Origin: Xanthobacteraceae bacterium | GTDB taxonomy: Bacteria; Pseudomonadota; Alphaproteobacteria; Rhizobiales; Xanthobacteraceae | Assembly: GCA_035440445.1 (NCBI GenBank) | Contig: DAORMJ010000017.1 | Location: 6,635 to 70,634, forward strand | Length of the DNA: 64,000 nucleotides | Direction of reading: 5' to 3' | In this document: piece by piece, positions 50,361 to 59,731 of the stretch | How the letters are laid out: the number at the start of each line of letters is the position of its first letter | Position numbering within the stretch: position 1 is the first letter of the stretch | Program-made: the position numbers and the translations under genes | The notes under the pieces: model-generated | What the model was told of the DNA's origin: nothing | Databases searched by the model: none | What the model saw: only the letters and a program-made list of their open reading frames with translations

Positions 50361-52001
50361 TCAAACTTCCTTCGTCATCTCGCGCAGCTTGAACTTCTGG
50401 ATCTTGCCGGTCGAGGTCTTCGGCAACTCCACGAACACGATATGCCGCGGCACCTTGAAGCCGGCGAGATTGGTTTTGCAATGGGCGATCAGCTCGTCCT
50501 TGCTCGCCTCTTTGCCGGGCTTCAACTCGATGAAGGCGCAAGGGGTTTCACCCCACTTGTCGTCGGCTTTCGCGACCACGGCCGCCGCCTGCACGGACGG
50601 GTGCTTGTAGAGCGCGTCCTCGACCTCGATCGAGGAGATGTTCTCGCCGCCGGAAATGATGATGTCCTTGGAGCGGTCTTTGAGCTGAATATAGCCGTCG
50701 GGGTGCATCACGCCGAGGTCGCCGGAGTGAAACCAGCCACCGGCAAAAGCGGCGTCCGTCGCCTTCTTGTTCTTCAGATAGCCCTTCATTACGACGTTGC
50801 CGCGGAACATGACCTCGCCCATGGTCTCGCCGTCGCGCGGCACCGGCTGCATGGTTTCCGGGTCCATGACGTCCAGCCCCTCGAGCGGCGCGATGGTGAC
50901 GCCCTGCCGCGCCTTCTTCGCAGCCTGCTGCGCGGCGTCGAGGTTTTCCCATTCCTGATGCCAGTCGTTCACGGCCGCCGGGCCATAGGTTTCGGTCAGC
51001 CCGTAAAGATGCGTGACGTTAAAGCCGGCACCCTTCATGCCGGCAAGCACCGCTTCCGGCGGGGGTGCTGCGGCAGTGAAGAACTCCACTACATGCGGCA
51101 GCGGCTTCTTCTCGTCTTCCGGCGCGTTCAAGAGCGTCGCCATCACGATCGGCGCGCCGCAAAGATGCGTGACCTTGTGTTCGGCGATCAGCTCGAACAT
51201 CTGCTTGGCACGCACTTGCCGCAAACAGACGTGCGTGCCCGACACGACCGAGATCGACCAAGGGAAACACCAGCCGTTGCAGTGAAACATCGGCAGCGTC
51301 CAGAGATAGACCGCGTGCTTCTTCATGCTGCCGGTGAGCACGTTGCCGGTAGCGAGCAGCGCGGCACCGCGATGATGATAGACGACACCTTTAGGGTCGC
51401 CGGTGGTGCCGGAAGTGTAGTTCAGCGAGATCGCGTCCCACTCATCGCCCGGCGCGTGACGCTGATAGTCCTCGTCGCCTTCCGCCACCAGCGCTTCAAA
51501 ATCGAGCGTGCCGAGCTTTTCGCCCTCGCCCTTGTATTCCGGATCGTCGTAGTCGACGACGAGCGGCTTCACCTTGCAGAGCGCGAGCGCTTCCTTCGCG
51601 GCTTTGGAAAATTCCTTGTCGACGATGAAGATCTTCGCTTCGCCATGATCGAGCGAGAACGCGATGATGGCAGCATCCAGCCGGGTGTTGAGCGTATTCA
51701 GCACGCCTCCCGTCATCGGCACGCCGTAGTGGCACTCGAGCATCGCGGGCGTATTCGCGAGCAAAACCGCGACCGTATCGCCGCGCGCGATCCCGCGCTT
51801 GGCAAGTGCCGACGCAAGCTTCTTCGAGCGGGCATGGAAATCGCGATAGGTCCGCCGCAAGGGACCGTGGATGATGGCGACATGATCCGGGAAAACGGCG
51901 GCCGCGCGCTCCAGATAGCTAAGGGGGGTCAGCGGCGCGTAGTTGGCGGCGTTCTTGTCCAGATCGATGTCGTAAGCGCTCTTTTGGGCGTTCTTTTGCA
52001 T
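50361..52001 (-). CDS. acyl-CoA synthetase (AMP-binding family)
   Basis: Start at the ATG at 52001 (GAGG SD 8 nt upstream). NAANYAPLTPLSYLERAA...LNYTSGTTGDPKGVVYHHRGA...GWFHSGDLG...ELPKTSTGKIQK. Confidence 0.9.
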   Translation of the reverse strand: MQKNAQKSAYDIDLDKNAANYAPLTPLSYLERAAAVFPDHVAIIHGPLRRTYRDFHARSKKLASALAKRGIARGDTVAVLLANTPAMLECHYGVPMTGGVLNTLNTRLDAAIIAFSLDHGEAKIFIVDKEFSKAAKEALALCKVKPLVVDYDDPEYKGEGEKLGTLDFEALVAEGDEDYQRHAPGDEWDAISLNYTSGTTGDPKGVVYHHRGAALLATGNVLTGSMKKHAVYLWTLPMFHCNGWCFPWSISVVSGTHVCLRQVRAKQMFELIAEHKVTHLCGAPIVMATLLNAPEDEKKPLPHVVEFFTAAAPPPEAVLAGMKGAGFNVTHLYGLTETYGPAAVNDWHQEWENLDAAQQAAKKARQGVTIAPLEGLDVMDPETMQPVPRDGETMGEVMFRGNVVMKGYLKNKKATDAAFAGGWFHSGDLGVMHPDGYIQLKDRSKDIIISGGENISSIEVEDALYKHPSVQAAAVVAKADDKWGETPCAFIELKPGKEASKDELIAHCKTNLAGFKVPRHIVFVELPKTSTGKIQKFKLREMTKEV

Positions 52002-52085
52002 AGGAAACCTCATTCCGGAGGAGCCTAGCGAACCGGACCGGCTTCGAGCAATCTGACCTTTGACAAAGGCAAATGGAGGCTACGG

Positions 52086-52715
52086 ATGCGGGTGATTGCG
52101 GGGATTCTGGCGGCAATCGGCTGGTTCGCGCTGGTGCTGCAGTTCCGGCTGGTGCTTGGCGTCAATGCCAATGCCGGAATCGGGCCCGGCGAAACCTTCG
52201 TCCGCTTCTTCTCTTATTTTACGGTGCTGACGAATACGCTCGCCGCAAGCGCGTTGACGAGCGTGATGCTCGGCCACAGCCACGCTTTCCTGACGAGGCC
52301 CCGGGTGCAGACGGCGATCGCGGTCTATATCACCATCGTCGGTTCGGTTTATTTCCTGATTCTGCGCCATCTCTGGCAGCCGCAAGGCCCGCAATGGCTC
52401 GCCGATACGCTGCTGCACTACGTGATGCCGGCGCTCTATGTGCTGTTCTGGCTTTTCTTCGTGCGCAAGGAGACGATCATCTGGCGGGACAGCCTCGTCT
52501 GGCTGATCTTCCCGCTTGCCTATGTCTGCGCCGTGCTGGCGCGCGGCGTGCCTTCGAAATTTTACCCCTATCCCTTCATCGATGCGAACGAGCTTGGCTA
52601 TCTCCAGATCGCGGGCAACAGCGCCGTTCTTCTGGCGGCGTTTCTGGCGGCGGGAGTATTGTATGTAGCGATTTCTCGCTCTTTAAGCCGGAAGGCTGGC
52701 AACGCACTCAATTGA
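52086..52715 (+). CDS. Pr6Pr-like integral membrane protein
   Basis: 209 aa, 6 TM. FVRFFSYFTVLTNTLAA...LLHYVMPALYVLFWL resembles the Pr6Pr / FAR-17a-AIG1-like family as I remember it. Confidence 0.5.
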   Translation: MRVIAGILAAIGWFALVLQFRLVLGVNANAGIGPGETFVRFFSYFTVLTNTLAASALTSVMLGHSHAFLTRPRVQTAIAVYITIVGSVYFLILRHLWQPQGPQWLADTLLHYVMPALYVLFWLFFVRKETIIWRDSLVWLIFPLAYVCAVLARGVPSKFYPYPFIDANELGYLQIAGNSAVLLAAFLAAGVLYVAISRSLSRKAGNALN

Positions 52716-53499
52716 AGCTGCCGGACAACTTCCCTGCGAGTTCAAGCAACAATGGCCGGAAGCGTTTGACGAACGCCTTCTCGGTGTGGCGCCCGAGATT
52801 GGTGCTGATGTTCAGCGCTGCAACGATGCGGCCCGATCGATCGCGGATCGGAGCGGCGATCCCGCATGCGCCAAGCTCGAGTTCTTCGCTTGCGAAGTAC
52901 CAGCCCTGCGTGCGGGCGCGCGCGATTTCCTTTTCGAGCGCGGCGATATCCGTGATGGTGCGGCGGCTGAAAGCGGGGCGCGGCATCCGGGCAAGACGCT
53001 CCTTCATCTCCGGCTCCGGCAATGCCGCCAGCAGCACGCGCCCCATCGACGTGCAGAACGCGGGGATGCGGCTGCCGATAGTAAGACTCCGCCGCAACAC
53101 GCTCGAAGGTTCGGCGCGCGCGACATAGGTCACGTCGTCGCCGTCTAGAACCGAAACCGCGACGATCTCGTCGCATTCTCGCGCCAGCGCCTCGATCGCG
53201 GGTTGCGCGACATCGCGGAAGCTCAGCGACGAGAGATAGGCATAGCCGAGCCGCAACACGCGCGGCGTCAGCGCGTAACGGCCCTCTTGCTCCTTCGCAA
53301 AGCCGAGTTCGACCAGCGTCAGCAGAAGCCGCCGCACGCCCGCGCGCGGGAGCCCGGTGCGCTTGGAAAGCTCGGCCATGGTGAGCGTGTCTTCGCTATC
53401 GCCGAACGCGGCAATGACCGCCAGCCCCTTGGCGAAGGCCTCGACAAACGCATCGCTGCCACGGGGCCAGGCCGCAATGGACTGGGAATCGAACGGCAT
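52708..53499 (-). CDS. IclR family transcriptional regulator (PcaR/PobR-like)
   Basis: 263 aa. wHTH LTMAELSKRTGLPRAGVRRLLLTLVELGF. C-terminal effector domain ...ELELGACGIAAPIRD. Confidence 0.88.
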   Translation of the reverse strand: MPFDSQSIAAWPRGSDAFVEAFAKGLAVIAAFGDSEDTLTMAELSKRTGLPRAGVRRLLLTLVELGFAKEQEGRYALTPRVLRLGYAYLSSLSFRDVAQPAIEALARECDEIVAVSVLDGDDVTYVARAEPSSVLRRSLTIGSRIPAFCTSMGRVLLAALPEPEMKERLARMPRPAFSRRTITDIAALEKEIARARTQGWYFASEELELGACGIAAPIRDRSGRIVAALNISTNLGRHTEKAFVKRFRPLLLELAGKLSGSFN

Positions 53500-53547
53500 T
53501 TGTCAGCCTCCGGCAACGCTGCTAGCAATGTACGACTGTCGATTATA

Positions 53548-53564
53548 TGTTCGATAGTCGAACA
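53548..53564. promoter_or_regulatory. candidate IclR operator, perfect palindrome TGTTCGA-TAG-TCGAACA
   Basis: 17-nt perfect inverted repeat in the divergent iclR/bug intergenic region. A partial repeat TGTCGATTATA lies just upstream. Confidence 0.5.
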
Positions 53565-53602
53565 ATACAAATGAAACAACGCTGTTCTGTGAGGAAAACA
53601 CC

Positions 53603-54571
53603 ATGAAAAAGTGGTTGGTTTGTGCGGCAGCCGCCGCGATCGCTGCCACGGCCGTCGCGGCGAAGGCAGACAACTCCCCGTCCCGCCCCATCACGCTCGT
53701 CGTTCCCGCCGCCGCCGGCGGACCGACCGATGCGACCGCACGTCTGATCGCAAACGTCATGCAGCAGGTGCTGGGCCAGACCGTCATCGTCGAGCCACGG
53801 CCGGGTGCCGGCGGCAACATCGGCGCCGATTTCGTCGCGCGCGCCAAGCCCGATGGCTACACGATCCTGATGGCGACGATCGGCACCCACGCCATCAACC
53901 AGACGCTTTACAAGAAGATGTCCTACGACCCGATCAAGAATTTCACGCCGGTATCGCAGGTCGTGCAGTATCCCCTGATCCTCGTGGTCAATCCGAACCT
54001 GAAGATCAATTCCGTCGCCGACCTGATCGCTTACGCAAAAGCGAACCCCGGCAAGCTCAACCGCGCATCGGGCGGCAGCGGCACCTCGATGCATCTGTCC
54101 GGCGAATTGTTCGTGCATCAGGCCGGAATCGACGCGCCGCACATTCCTTACAAGGGCAGCGCACCCGCATTGATCGATGTCGTCGGCGGCAGTGCGGACC
54201 TGATGTTCGATTCCATGATGACGGCGCTGCCGCTGGCAAAAGCAGGCAAGCTCCGCGCAATCGCAGTCACCGGCGCGCAGCGCTCGCCGGTCGTGCCGGA
54301 ATTGCCGACCATTTCCGAAGCCGGTCTGAAAGGCTACAGCGCCTATGGCTGGATCGGCATCGTCGCTCCCGCGGGCACGCCGAAGCCGATCGTCGACAAG
54401 CTCTATGACGCAGTCGCAAAAGCGCTGCAGAACGAAGACGTGAGAAAGAAGCTCGTGGCCCAGGCTGCCGAGCCCGTCGCGTCCACGCCCGAGCAGTTCG
54501 CGAAATTCATCCAGGAAGAAACCGACAAATGGGCGATCGCCGTTCGCGGCGCGAAGCTCAGCATCGAGTAA
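53603..54571 (+). CDS. Bug/TctC-family tripartite tricarboxylate transporter substrate-binding protein
   Basis: 322 aa. Signal peptide, then RPITLVVPAAAGGPTDATARLIA...KPDGYTILMATIGTHAIN...NRASGGSGTSMHLSGE. Confidence 0.9.
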   Translation: MKKWLVCAAAAAIAATAVAAKADNSPSRPITLVVPAAAGGPTDATARLIANVMQQVLGQTVIVEPRPGAGGNIGADFVARAKPDGYTILMATIGTHAINQTLYKKMSYDPIKNFTPVSQVVQYPLILVVNPNLKINSVADLIAYAKANPGKLNRASGGSGTSMHLSGELFVHQAGIDAPHIPYKGSAPALIDVVGGSADLMFDSMMTALPLAKAGKLRAIAVTGAQRSPVVPELPTISEAGLKGYSAYGWIGIVAPAGTPKPIVDKLYDAVAKALQNEDVRKKLVAQAAEPVASTPEQFAKFIQEETDKWAIAVRGAKLSIE

Positions 54572-54576
54572 CGACC

Positions 54577-55728
54577 ATGGAAGCAATCGATTTCGGCGCG
54601 CGGGTGCGCGCCGTAGCCTCCCGCCTGCAGGCAAGCGGTGCCACCGCTTATGTCGGCACACGGCAGGCTTCCCTCCATTATCTCTGCGGCACCTTCATGC
54701 CGTGGCGCGGGGCCGTCATCGTCACCGCGAAGGGCGACTGCGAAGTCGTCTATTGGGCGATGGATTCGCAGCGCATCCGCGCCGAGGGATGCCCTCACAC
54801 GATCCATGACTTCTACGGCTCCGGGCTGATTGCGCTGATCGCGGAACGGCTCAACGCGCTCGGGGCTGCGAAGGGCTCGATCGGCCTCGACCTCTCTCAT
54901 CCGGGCGCCGCGCAGATTGCGCCCGGCATGCTGACGGCCGGCGAATTCATCGAACTGAAGCAGGCGCTGCCTGACGCCGCGCTCGAAAACGGTGTCCGCT
55001 TCATCGACGACGTGATGCTGATCAAGTCGCCTGCCGAGATCGAACGCCTGCGCCTCGCCGCGCAGGTTGCGGACAAAGGCTTTCACGCCGGCGTGCGCGC
55101 GATCCGGAGGGGTGTCACCGAGAACCATGTGGCCGGCATCGTCGAGGCGGAAATCCGCGACCATGGCAGCACCTGGGCGTGGTCGGTGACCGGCGGCACG
55201 GAAGTCGGCGCTGGCGAGCGTACCGCTTTTCTTCGCGGCGTGACGCAGCAAAGCACCGACCGGAAGATCGAGCCGAACGAGTTCGTGGTGATCGATCTTC
55301 ATCCCTTGATCGATCTCTATATGTCGGATCTTTCCATTCCCGTTTTCTTCGGGAAGCCGAGCAGCGCGCAGCAAAGCGCGATCAGCTGTTGGGAGGATAC
55401 CGTGAGCGCGCTCATGGAAAGCCTCAAGCCCGGACGCGCCGTCCGCGACTGCGTTGCGGCGGCTGTAGCTACCTTCAAAAAGAGCGAGCAAGGGACGAAG
55501 TACGGATTGCCGCTGTTCGGTCACGGGCTCGGCACCTGCGCACGCACCCGGCCCTTCATGAACGCGTCGAGCGACGACGTTCTTGCTCCCGGCATGGTGA
55601 TCGCGCTCGGCACGCATTATTACGAACCGCCGATCGCAGGCATGCGGCTCGAATATCCCGTGCTGATTACCGAAAACGGAGCCGAGGCTTTGGCCCCGAC
55701 ACCGCCGAAGGTCTTGCGCATCGGCTAA
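54577..55728 (+). CDS. M24 family metallopeptidase (Xaa-Pro peptidase/creatinase-like)
   Basis: Start at the ATG at 54577. A creatinase-like N-domain, then the pita-bread fold (IKSPAEIERLRLAAQVADKG...VVIDLHPLIDLYMSDLS...GHGLG...VIALGTHYYE). Confidence 0.8.
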   Translation: MEAIDFGARVRAVASRLQASGATAYVGTRQASLHYLCGTFMPWRGAVIVTAKGDCEVVYWAMDSQRIRAEGCPHTIHDFYGSGLIALIAERLNALGAAKGSIGLDLSHPGAAQIAPGMLTAGEFIELKQALPDAALENGVRFIDDVMLIKSPAEIERLRLAAQVADKGFHAGVRAIRRGVTENHVAGIVEAEIRDHGSTWAWSVTGGTEVGAGERTAFLRGVTQQSTDRKIEPNEFVVIDLHPLIDLYMSDLSIPVFFGKPSSAQQSAISCWEDTVSALMESLKPGRAVRDCVAAAVATFKKSEQGTKYGLPLFGHGLGTCARTRPFMNASSDDVLAPGMVIALGTHYYEPPIAGMRLEYPVLITENGAEALAPTPPKVLRIG

Positions 55729-55743
55729 AGGCTGAGCCGGACA

Positions 55744-55787
55744 AAAAGAAGGTCCGCCGCGCCAAGCGGCGGACCTTTTTAATTTTT
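55744..55787. terminator. bidirectional Rho-independent terminator
   Basis: GGTCCGCCGC-GCCAA-GCGGCGGACC is flanked by an A-run and TTTTTAATTTTT. It lies between the convergent M24 and PRC-barrel genes. Confidence 0.8.
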
Positions 55788-55792
55788 AGAAG

Positions 55793-56272
55793 TTAGCTCT
55801 TGCTGGACGCGTACTTGAAGGCCGGAAGCGCCTTCAGCTGATCCTTGGTCATGTTGACCATGGCGTGGTCCGGCTTCTCGCCCTTTTCCGCATTCGATTT
55901 GTCGCCCTTGCGCGGCATATCGCTGAAGCGGACCTGATCCCACGGCAGCGCGACCGAATGCTCGCCGATGCCGAGGAAGCCGCCGACGCCGACGACGATG
56001 AGTTCGATCCGGCCATCCTTGCTCAGGATGACATCGTTGATGTCGCCGATGTTCTCGTCGGCGCTGTTATAGACATCGAGACCGATGAGCTGCGACCCGC
56101 GCCACTGGCTCGTGCTTTGCTGCGTGGCCGTAGCGGTGGTCGCCGGGGTCGTGGTGGGCGCGGTCTGGGTCTGCGCCGGAGGCGTGTTCGGCGGCGTGGT
56201 CTGCGCGACCGCACCAGCCGTGAAGAGCGCCGCCGCGGCGACGGTCGTTGCTAGTGGCGCAAGAATTTTCAT
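55793..56272 (-). CDS. PRC-barrel domain protein, secreted, with T/P/A/Q-rich linker
   Basis: 159 aa. Signal peptide. Low-complexity TTPPNTPPAQTQTAPTTTPATTATATQQ. PRC barrel LIGLDVYNSADENIGDINDVILSKDGRIELIVVGVGGFLGIGE. Confidence 0.8.
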   Translation of the reverse strand: MKILAPLATTVAAAALFTAGAVAQTTPPNTPPAQTQTAPTTTPATTATATQQSTSQWRGSQLIGLDVYNSADENIGDINDVILSKDGRIELIVVGVGGFLGIGEHSVALPWDQVRFSDMPRKGDKSNAEKGEKPDHAMVNMTKDQLKALPAFKYASSKS

Positions 56273-56420
56273 GGGGTTTGCTCCTGATTTGTGTAACGGG
56301 AATTCGCATTCCCTTCCCCACGGCTAACCGCGCGCGTCCCACTTGGTTCGGCAGAAACGCGGCCAAGACAAAACTTTTTTTGGAAGTTCCGGTCAGGAAA
56401 GCGACGTTCGCAAACGCCGA

Positions 56421-57185
56421 TCAGGAAAAGAATAGCTTCGCGAGACCGGAGCGGATGAGTTCCAGCGAAACCAGAAACATCAAGATGTAAGCAATCCGGT
56501 AGAACAGCGCTTCGGGAATACGTTTCGCGATCCAGATTCCGCAAAGGTTCGCGACGATCGCCAGCGGCATCAGCATGAGCGCAATCAAAAGCGTCGATTG
56601 CGTGAATTCTCCGAGCAGCGCGAAGGGCACGACCTTGATCGCGTTCACGAAGGCGAAATAGATCGTGACCGTGCCGATATAGACCATCTTCGGCAGTTGC
56701 TGCGGCAGCAGATGCACGTTCATCGGCGGTGCGCCGGCATGCGCCAGCATACTCGTGAAACCGGAAATGGTTCCCCAGAACACGCCGCTTGCCGCGCTCG
56801 GCTTGAAGGAGTCGGCGGCGCGCTTCACGAGGCCCAGCCACTGGTTCAGCACGAAGACGAAGGTGATGACCCCGATCATCAGCTTGACCAGCGCATCGGG
56901 CACATAGGCCGCGAGCGCCCAGCCGATGCAGATGCCGATAATCGCACCGATCAAGAGCACCTGCAGGTTCCAGCGGTCCCATTCCTTGCGGAATGCCCAG
57001 ACCGAAATCGCATCCTGCATGATCAGGATCGGCAGCATTATTGCAGCGGCCTGCAGCGGCGGCACCACGAGCGCCAGAAACGGCGTTGCCGCCATGCCGA
57101 TGCCGGAGAACCCGCCTTTGGCGAGACCCGTGCAGATAACGGCGACGGCGGCGACGAGCCAGAATGCGAGATCGGCGGGAAACAT
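56421..57185 (-). CDS. TauE/SafE (TSUP) family membrane transporter
   Basis: Start at the ATG at 57185 (MFPADLAFWLVAAVAVICTGLAKGGFSGIGMAATP...). The track ORF 56421..57785 extends far upstream, antisense to prpE. Confidence 0.75.
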   Translation of the reverse strand: MFPADLAFWLVAAVAVICTGLAKGGFSGIGMAATPFLALVVPPLQAAAIMLPILIMQDAISVWAFRKEWDRWNLQVLLIGAIIGICIGWALAAYVPDALVKLMIGVITFVFVLNQWLGLVKRAADSFKPSAASGVFWGTISGFTSMLAHAGAPPMNVHLLPQQLPKMVYIGTVTIYFAFVNAIKVVPFALLGEFTQSTLLIALMLMPLAIVANLCGIWIAKRIPEALFYRIAYILMFLVSLELIRSGLAKLFFS

Positions 57186-57359
57186 GCGGCCGGGTTTATA
57201 AAGAAGCGCGCGATCAACGGCTACGGCGCGCAACGCATGACGTCCCCGCCGGCCGCGCCGCCGAAGCCGGGAGCGGCGATGCGACCAAGGCCGCTCTTGC
57301 CAAGCGGGCCGTGAGGGCGACAATCGCGGCAAAACAATACGCTTCTCGAGGAAAACGCC

Positions 57360-59279
57360 ATGCTGACGCCAAACAAGAGCCGCTACCCGGAAGTTTATGC
57401 GCGCTGGCAGCGCGACCCCGAGGGCTTCTGGCGCGAGGCGGCGGAAGCCATCGACTGGATCGAAAAGCCGAAGACCGTCTTCGACGCGGCAGCCGGGGTG
57501 TACGGCCGCTGGTTTCCCGATGGCGTGATGAACACCTGCTACAACGCGGTCGATCGCCATGCCGAAGGCGGACGCGGCGACCAGATCGCCTTCGCCTATG
57601 ACAGCCCCGTCTCGCAGTCGAAGCGCAACATCACCTATAGCGAGTTGCAGCGCGAAGTTTCCGCATTCGGCGCGATCCTGCGCGACTTCGGCATCGAAAA
57701 AGGCGACCGCGTCGTCATCTACATGCCGATGATTCCCGAAGCGCTCGTCGCCATGCTCGCCTGCGCGCGCATCGGCGCGATCCACTCGGTGGTCTTTGGC
57801 GGCTTTGCGCCGAAGGAGCTTGCGACGCGCCTGAACGACGCACGGCCGAAGCTCCTGCTCACCGCAAGCTGCGGCATCGAGGTCACGCGCATCGTACCCT
57901 ATAAGCCGCTGCTCGATGCCGCGATCGAAATGGCGGAGGCCAAACCCGAAGCCGTGATCCTCTTGCAGCGTCCGCAGGCGAAAGCGGAAATGAAAGACGG
58001 CTGGGACTGGGACTGGGCGAGCCTGCGCGAGGCGGCACTGACCGCCGGCAGAACGTCGGAATGCGTTCCAGTGAAAGCGACCGACCCTCTCTATATTCTA
58101 TATACCTCCGGCACCACCGGAAAGCCGAAGGGTGTGGTGCGCGACAATGGCGGCCATGCGGTCGCACTGAAATGGTCGATGCACGGCATGTACGGCGTCG
58201 AGGAAGGCGAAGTCTGGTGGACCTCCTCCGACATCGGCTGGGTCGTCGGCCATTCCTACATCGTCTATGCGCCGCTCCTGCATGGCTGCACTTCGGTCGT
58301 CTATGAGGGCAAGCCGGTCGGCACGCCGGATGCAGGCGCATTCTGGCGCGTGGCAAGCGAACACGGCGCGGTCGCACTCTTCACCGCGCCCACCGCCTTC
58401 CGCGCCATCAAGAAAGAAGACCCCGAAGGCAAACGCGTGAAGGATTACGACCTCTCGAAATTCCGCACGCTGTTTCTCGCGGGCGAGCGGGCCGACCCCG
58501 ATACGGTGAAATGGTCGGAGCAGATCCTCGGCGTGCCGGTGATCGATCACTGGTGGCAGACCGAAACCGGCTGGCCCATGGTCGGCAACCCGATGGGGCT
58601 GGGCATGCTCCCGGTCAAACACGGCTCACCCACCGTGCCGATGCCGGGCTACGATGTCGTGATTGCCGATGACGGCGGCAAGGAAGTGCCGGCGGGCACC
58701 ATGGGCAACATCCTCGTCCGGTTGCCTCTGCCGCCTGGTTGCTTCCCAACACTCTGGCAGCAGGACGAGCGCTTCCGCGAGTCCTATCTCGCGGACTTTC
58801 CCGGCTTCTACAAAACCGCCGACGCCGGCTACAAAGACGAAGACGGCTACGTTTACGTGCTCGGCCGCACCGACGACATCATCAATGTCGCGGGACACCG
58901 GCTTTCCACCGGCGGCATGGAGGAAGTGCTCGCGTCCCACGCCGATGTCGCCGAATGCGCGGTGATCGGGGTCGCCGATCAACTCAAAGGCGAAGTGCCA
59001 GTCGGCTTCGTGGTGCTGAAACTCGGCGTGAACAAAACCGAAGACACCATCGAAAAGGAACTGATTGCGCTGGTGCGCGACAAGATCGGGCCGGTCGCCG
59101 CCTTCAAGACCGCAATGGTGATCAAGCGCCTGCCGAAGACGCGCTCCGGCAAAATCGTTCGCGGCACCATGAAGAAGATCGCGGACAAGGAAGACTGGTC
59201 GATGCCCGCCACCATCGACGATCCCGCGACGCTCGATGAGATCAAGGTGGCGTTGCAGACGAAGGGAATGGCAAACTGA
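57360..59279 (+). CDS. prpE: propionate--CoA ligase / Acs-family acyl-CoA synthetase
   Basis: 639 aa. YPEVYARWQRDPEGFWREAAEAIDWIEKP...YTSGTTGKPKGV...YKTADAGYKDEDGYVYVLGRTDDIINVAGHRLST...KTRSGKIVR. Confidence 0.65.
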   Translation: MLTPNKSRYPEVYARWQRDPEGFWREAAEAIDWIEKPKTVFDAAAGVYGRWFPDGVMNTCYNAVDRHAEGGRGDQIAFAYDSPVSQSKRNITYSELQREVSAFGAILRDFGIEKGDRVVIYMPMIPEALVAMLACARIGAIHSVVFGGFAPKELATRLNDARPKLLLTASCGIEVTRIVPYKPLLDAAIEMAEAKPEAVILLQRPQAKAEMKDGWDWDWASLREAALTAGRTSECVPVKATDPLYILYTSGTTGKPKGVVRDNGGHAVALKWSMHGMYGVEEGEVWWTSSDIGWVVGHSYIVYAPLLHGCTSVVYEGKPVGTPDAGAFWRVASEHGAVALFTAPTAFRAIKKEDPEGKRVKDYDLSKFRTLFLAGERADPDTVKWSEQILGVPVIDHWWQTETGWPMVGNPMGLGMLPVKHGSPTVPMPGYDVVIADDGGKEVPAGTMGNILVRLPLPPGCFPTLWQQDERFRESYLADFPGFYKTADAGYKDEDGYVYVLGRTDDIINVAGHRLSTGGMEEVLASHADVAECAVIGVADQLKGEVPVGFVVLKLGVNKTEDTIEKELIALVRDKIGPVAAFKTAMVIKRLPKTRSGKIVRGTMKKIADKEDWSMPATIDDPATLDEIKVALQTKGMAN

Positions 59280-59731
59280 TGAGCAATCGTCCGAACCCGG
59301 CGAAGGCCGCACCCGAAACCTTCAAACTGATGAAGGCGCTTTCCGATCACACGGCGAATAGCGGGATCGACAAGATGCTTCTCGAACTCGTGAAAATCCG
59401 CGCCTCGCAGATCAACGGCTGCGCGTTCTGCATTTCCATGCACGCGCAGGAGGCGCGCAAGCTCGGCGAAACCGACGAGCGCATGCTGATGCTCTCGGCA
59501 TGGCCGGAAGCGGGCTTGTTCAGCGAGCGCGAGAAAGCCGCACTCGCCTGGACCGAGGCACTGACGCTGATCGCGGACTCGCACGTCTCGGATGAACTCT
59601 ACGAAGAGACGCGCGTGCATTTCTCGGAGCAGGAAATCGTCGATCTGAGCTGGGCGATCACCGTCATCAATGGCTGGAACCGCATGATGGGCGCCTTCGA
59701 AGTGCCGCCGATGAAAGTTGCGCAGAAATGA
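59279..59731 (+). CDS. carboxymuconolactone decarboxylase (AhpD-like) family protein
   Basis: 150 aa. LVKIRASQINGCAFCISMH carries the CxxC motif typical of the AhpD/CMD fold. TGATG overlap with prpE. Confidence 0.8.
   Translation: MSNRPNPAKAAPETFKLMKALSDHTANSGIDKMLLELVKIRASQINGCAFCISMHAQEARKLGETDERMLMLSAWPEAGLFSEREKAALAWTEALTLIADSHVSDELYEETRVHFSEQEIVDLSWAITVINGWNRMMGAFEVPPMKVAQK

Noticed and set aside
53541-53564. dif/XerCD-like site (CGATTATATGTTCGATAG)
   Set aside because: It matches the dif core (GCGCATAATGTATATTATGTTAAAT) only in a short AT-rich stretch. The perfect dyad in a divergent IclR promoter is better explained as an operator.
56421-57785. 454-aa minus-strand ORF as a single gene
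   Set aside because: It is a chimera. Only the C-terminal 254 aa (from the ATG at 57185) form a TSUP/TauE membrane protein. The N-terminal 200 aa are antisense to prpE and Arg/Asp-rich.
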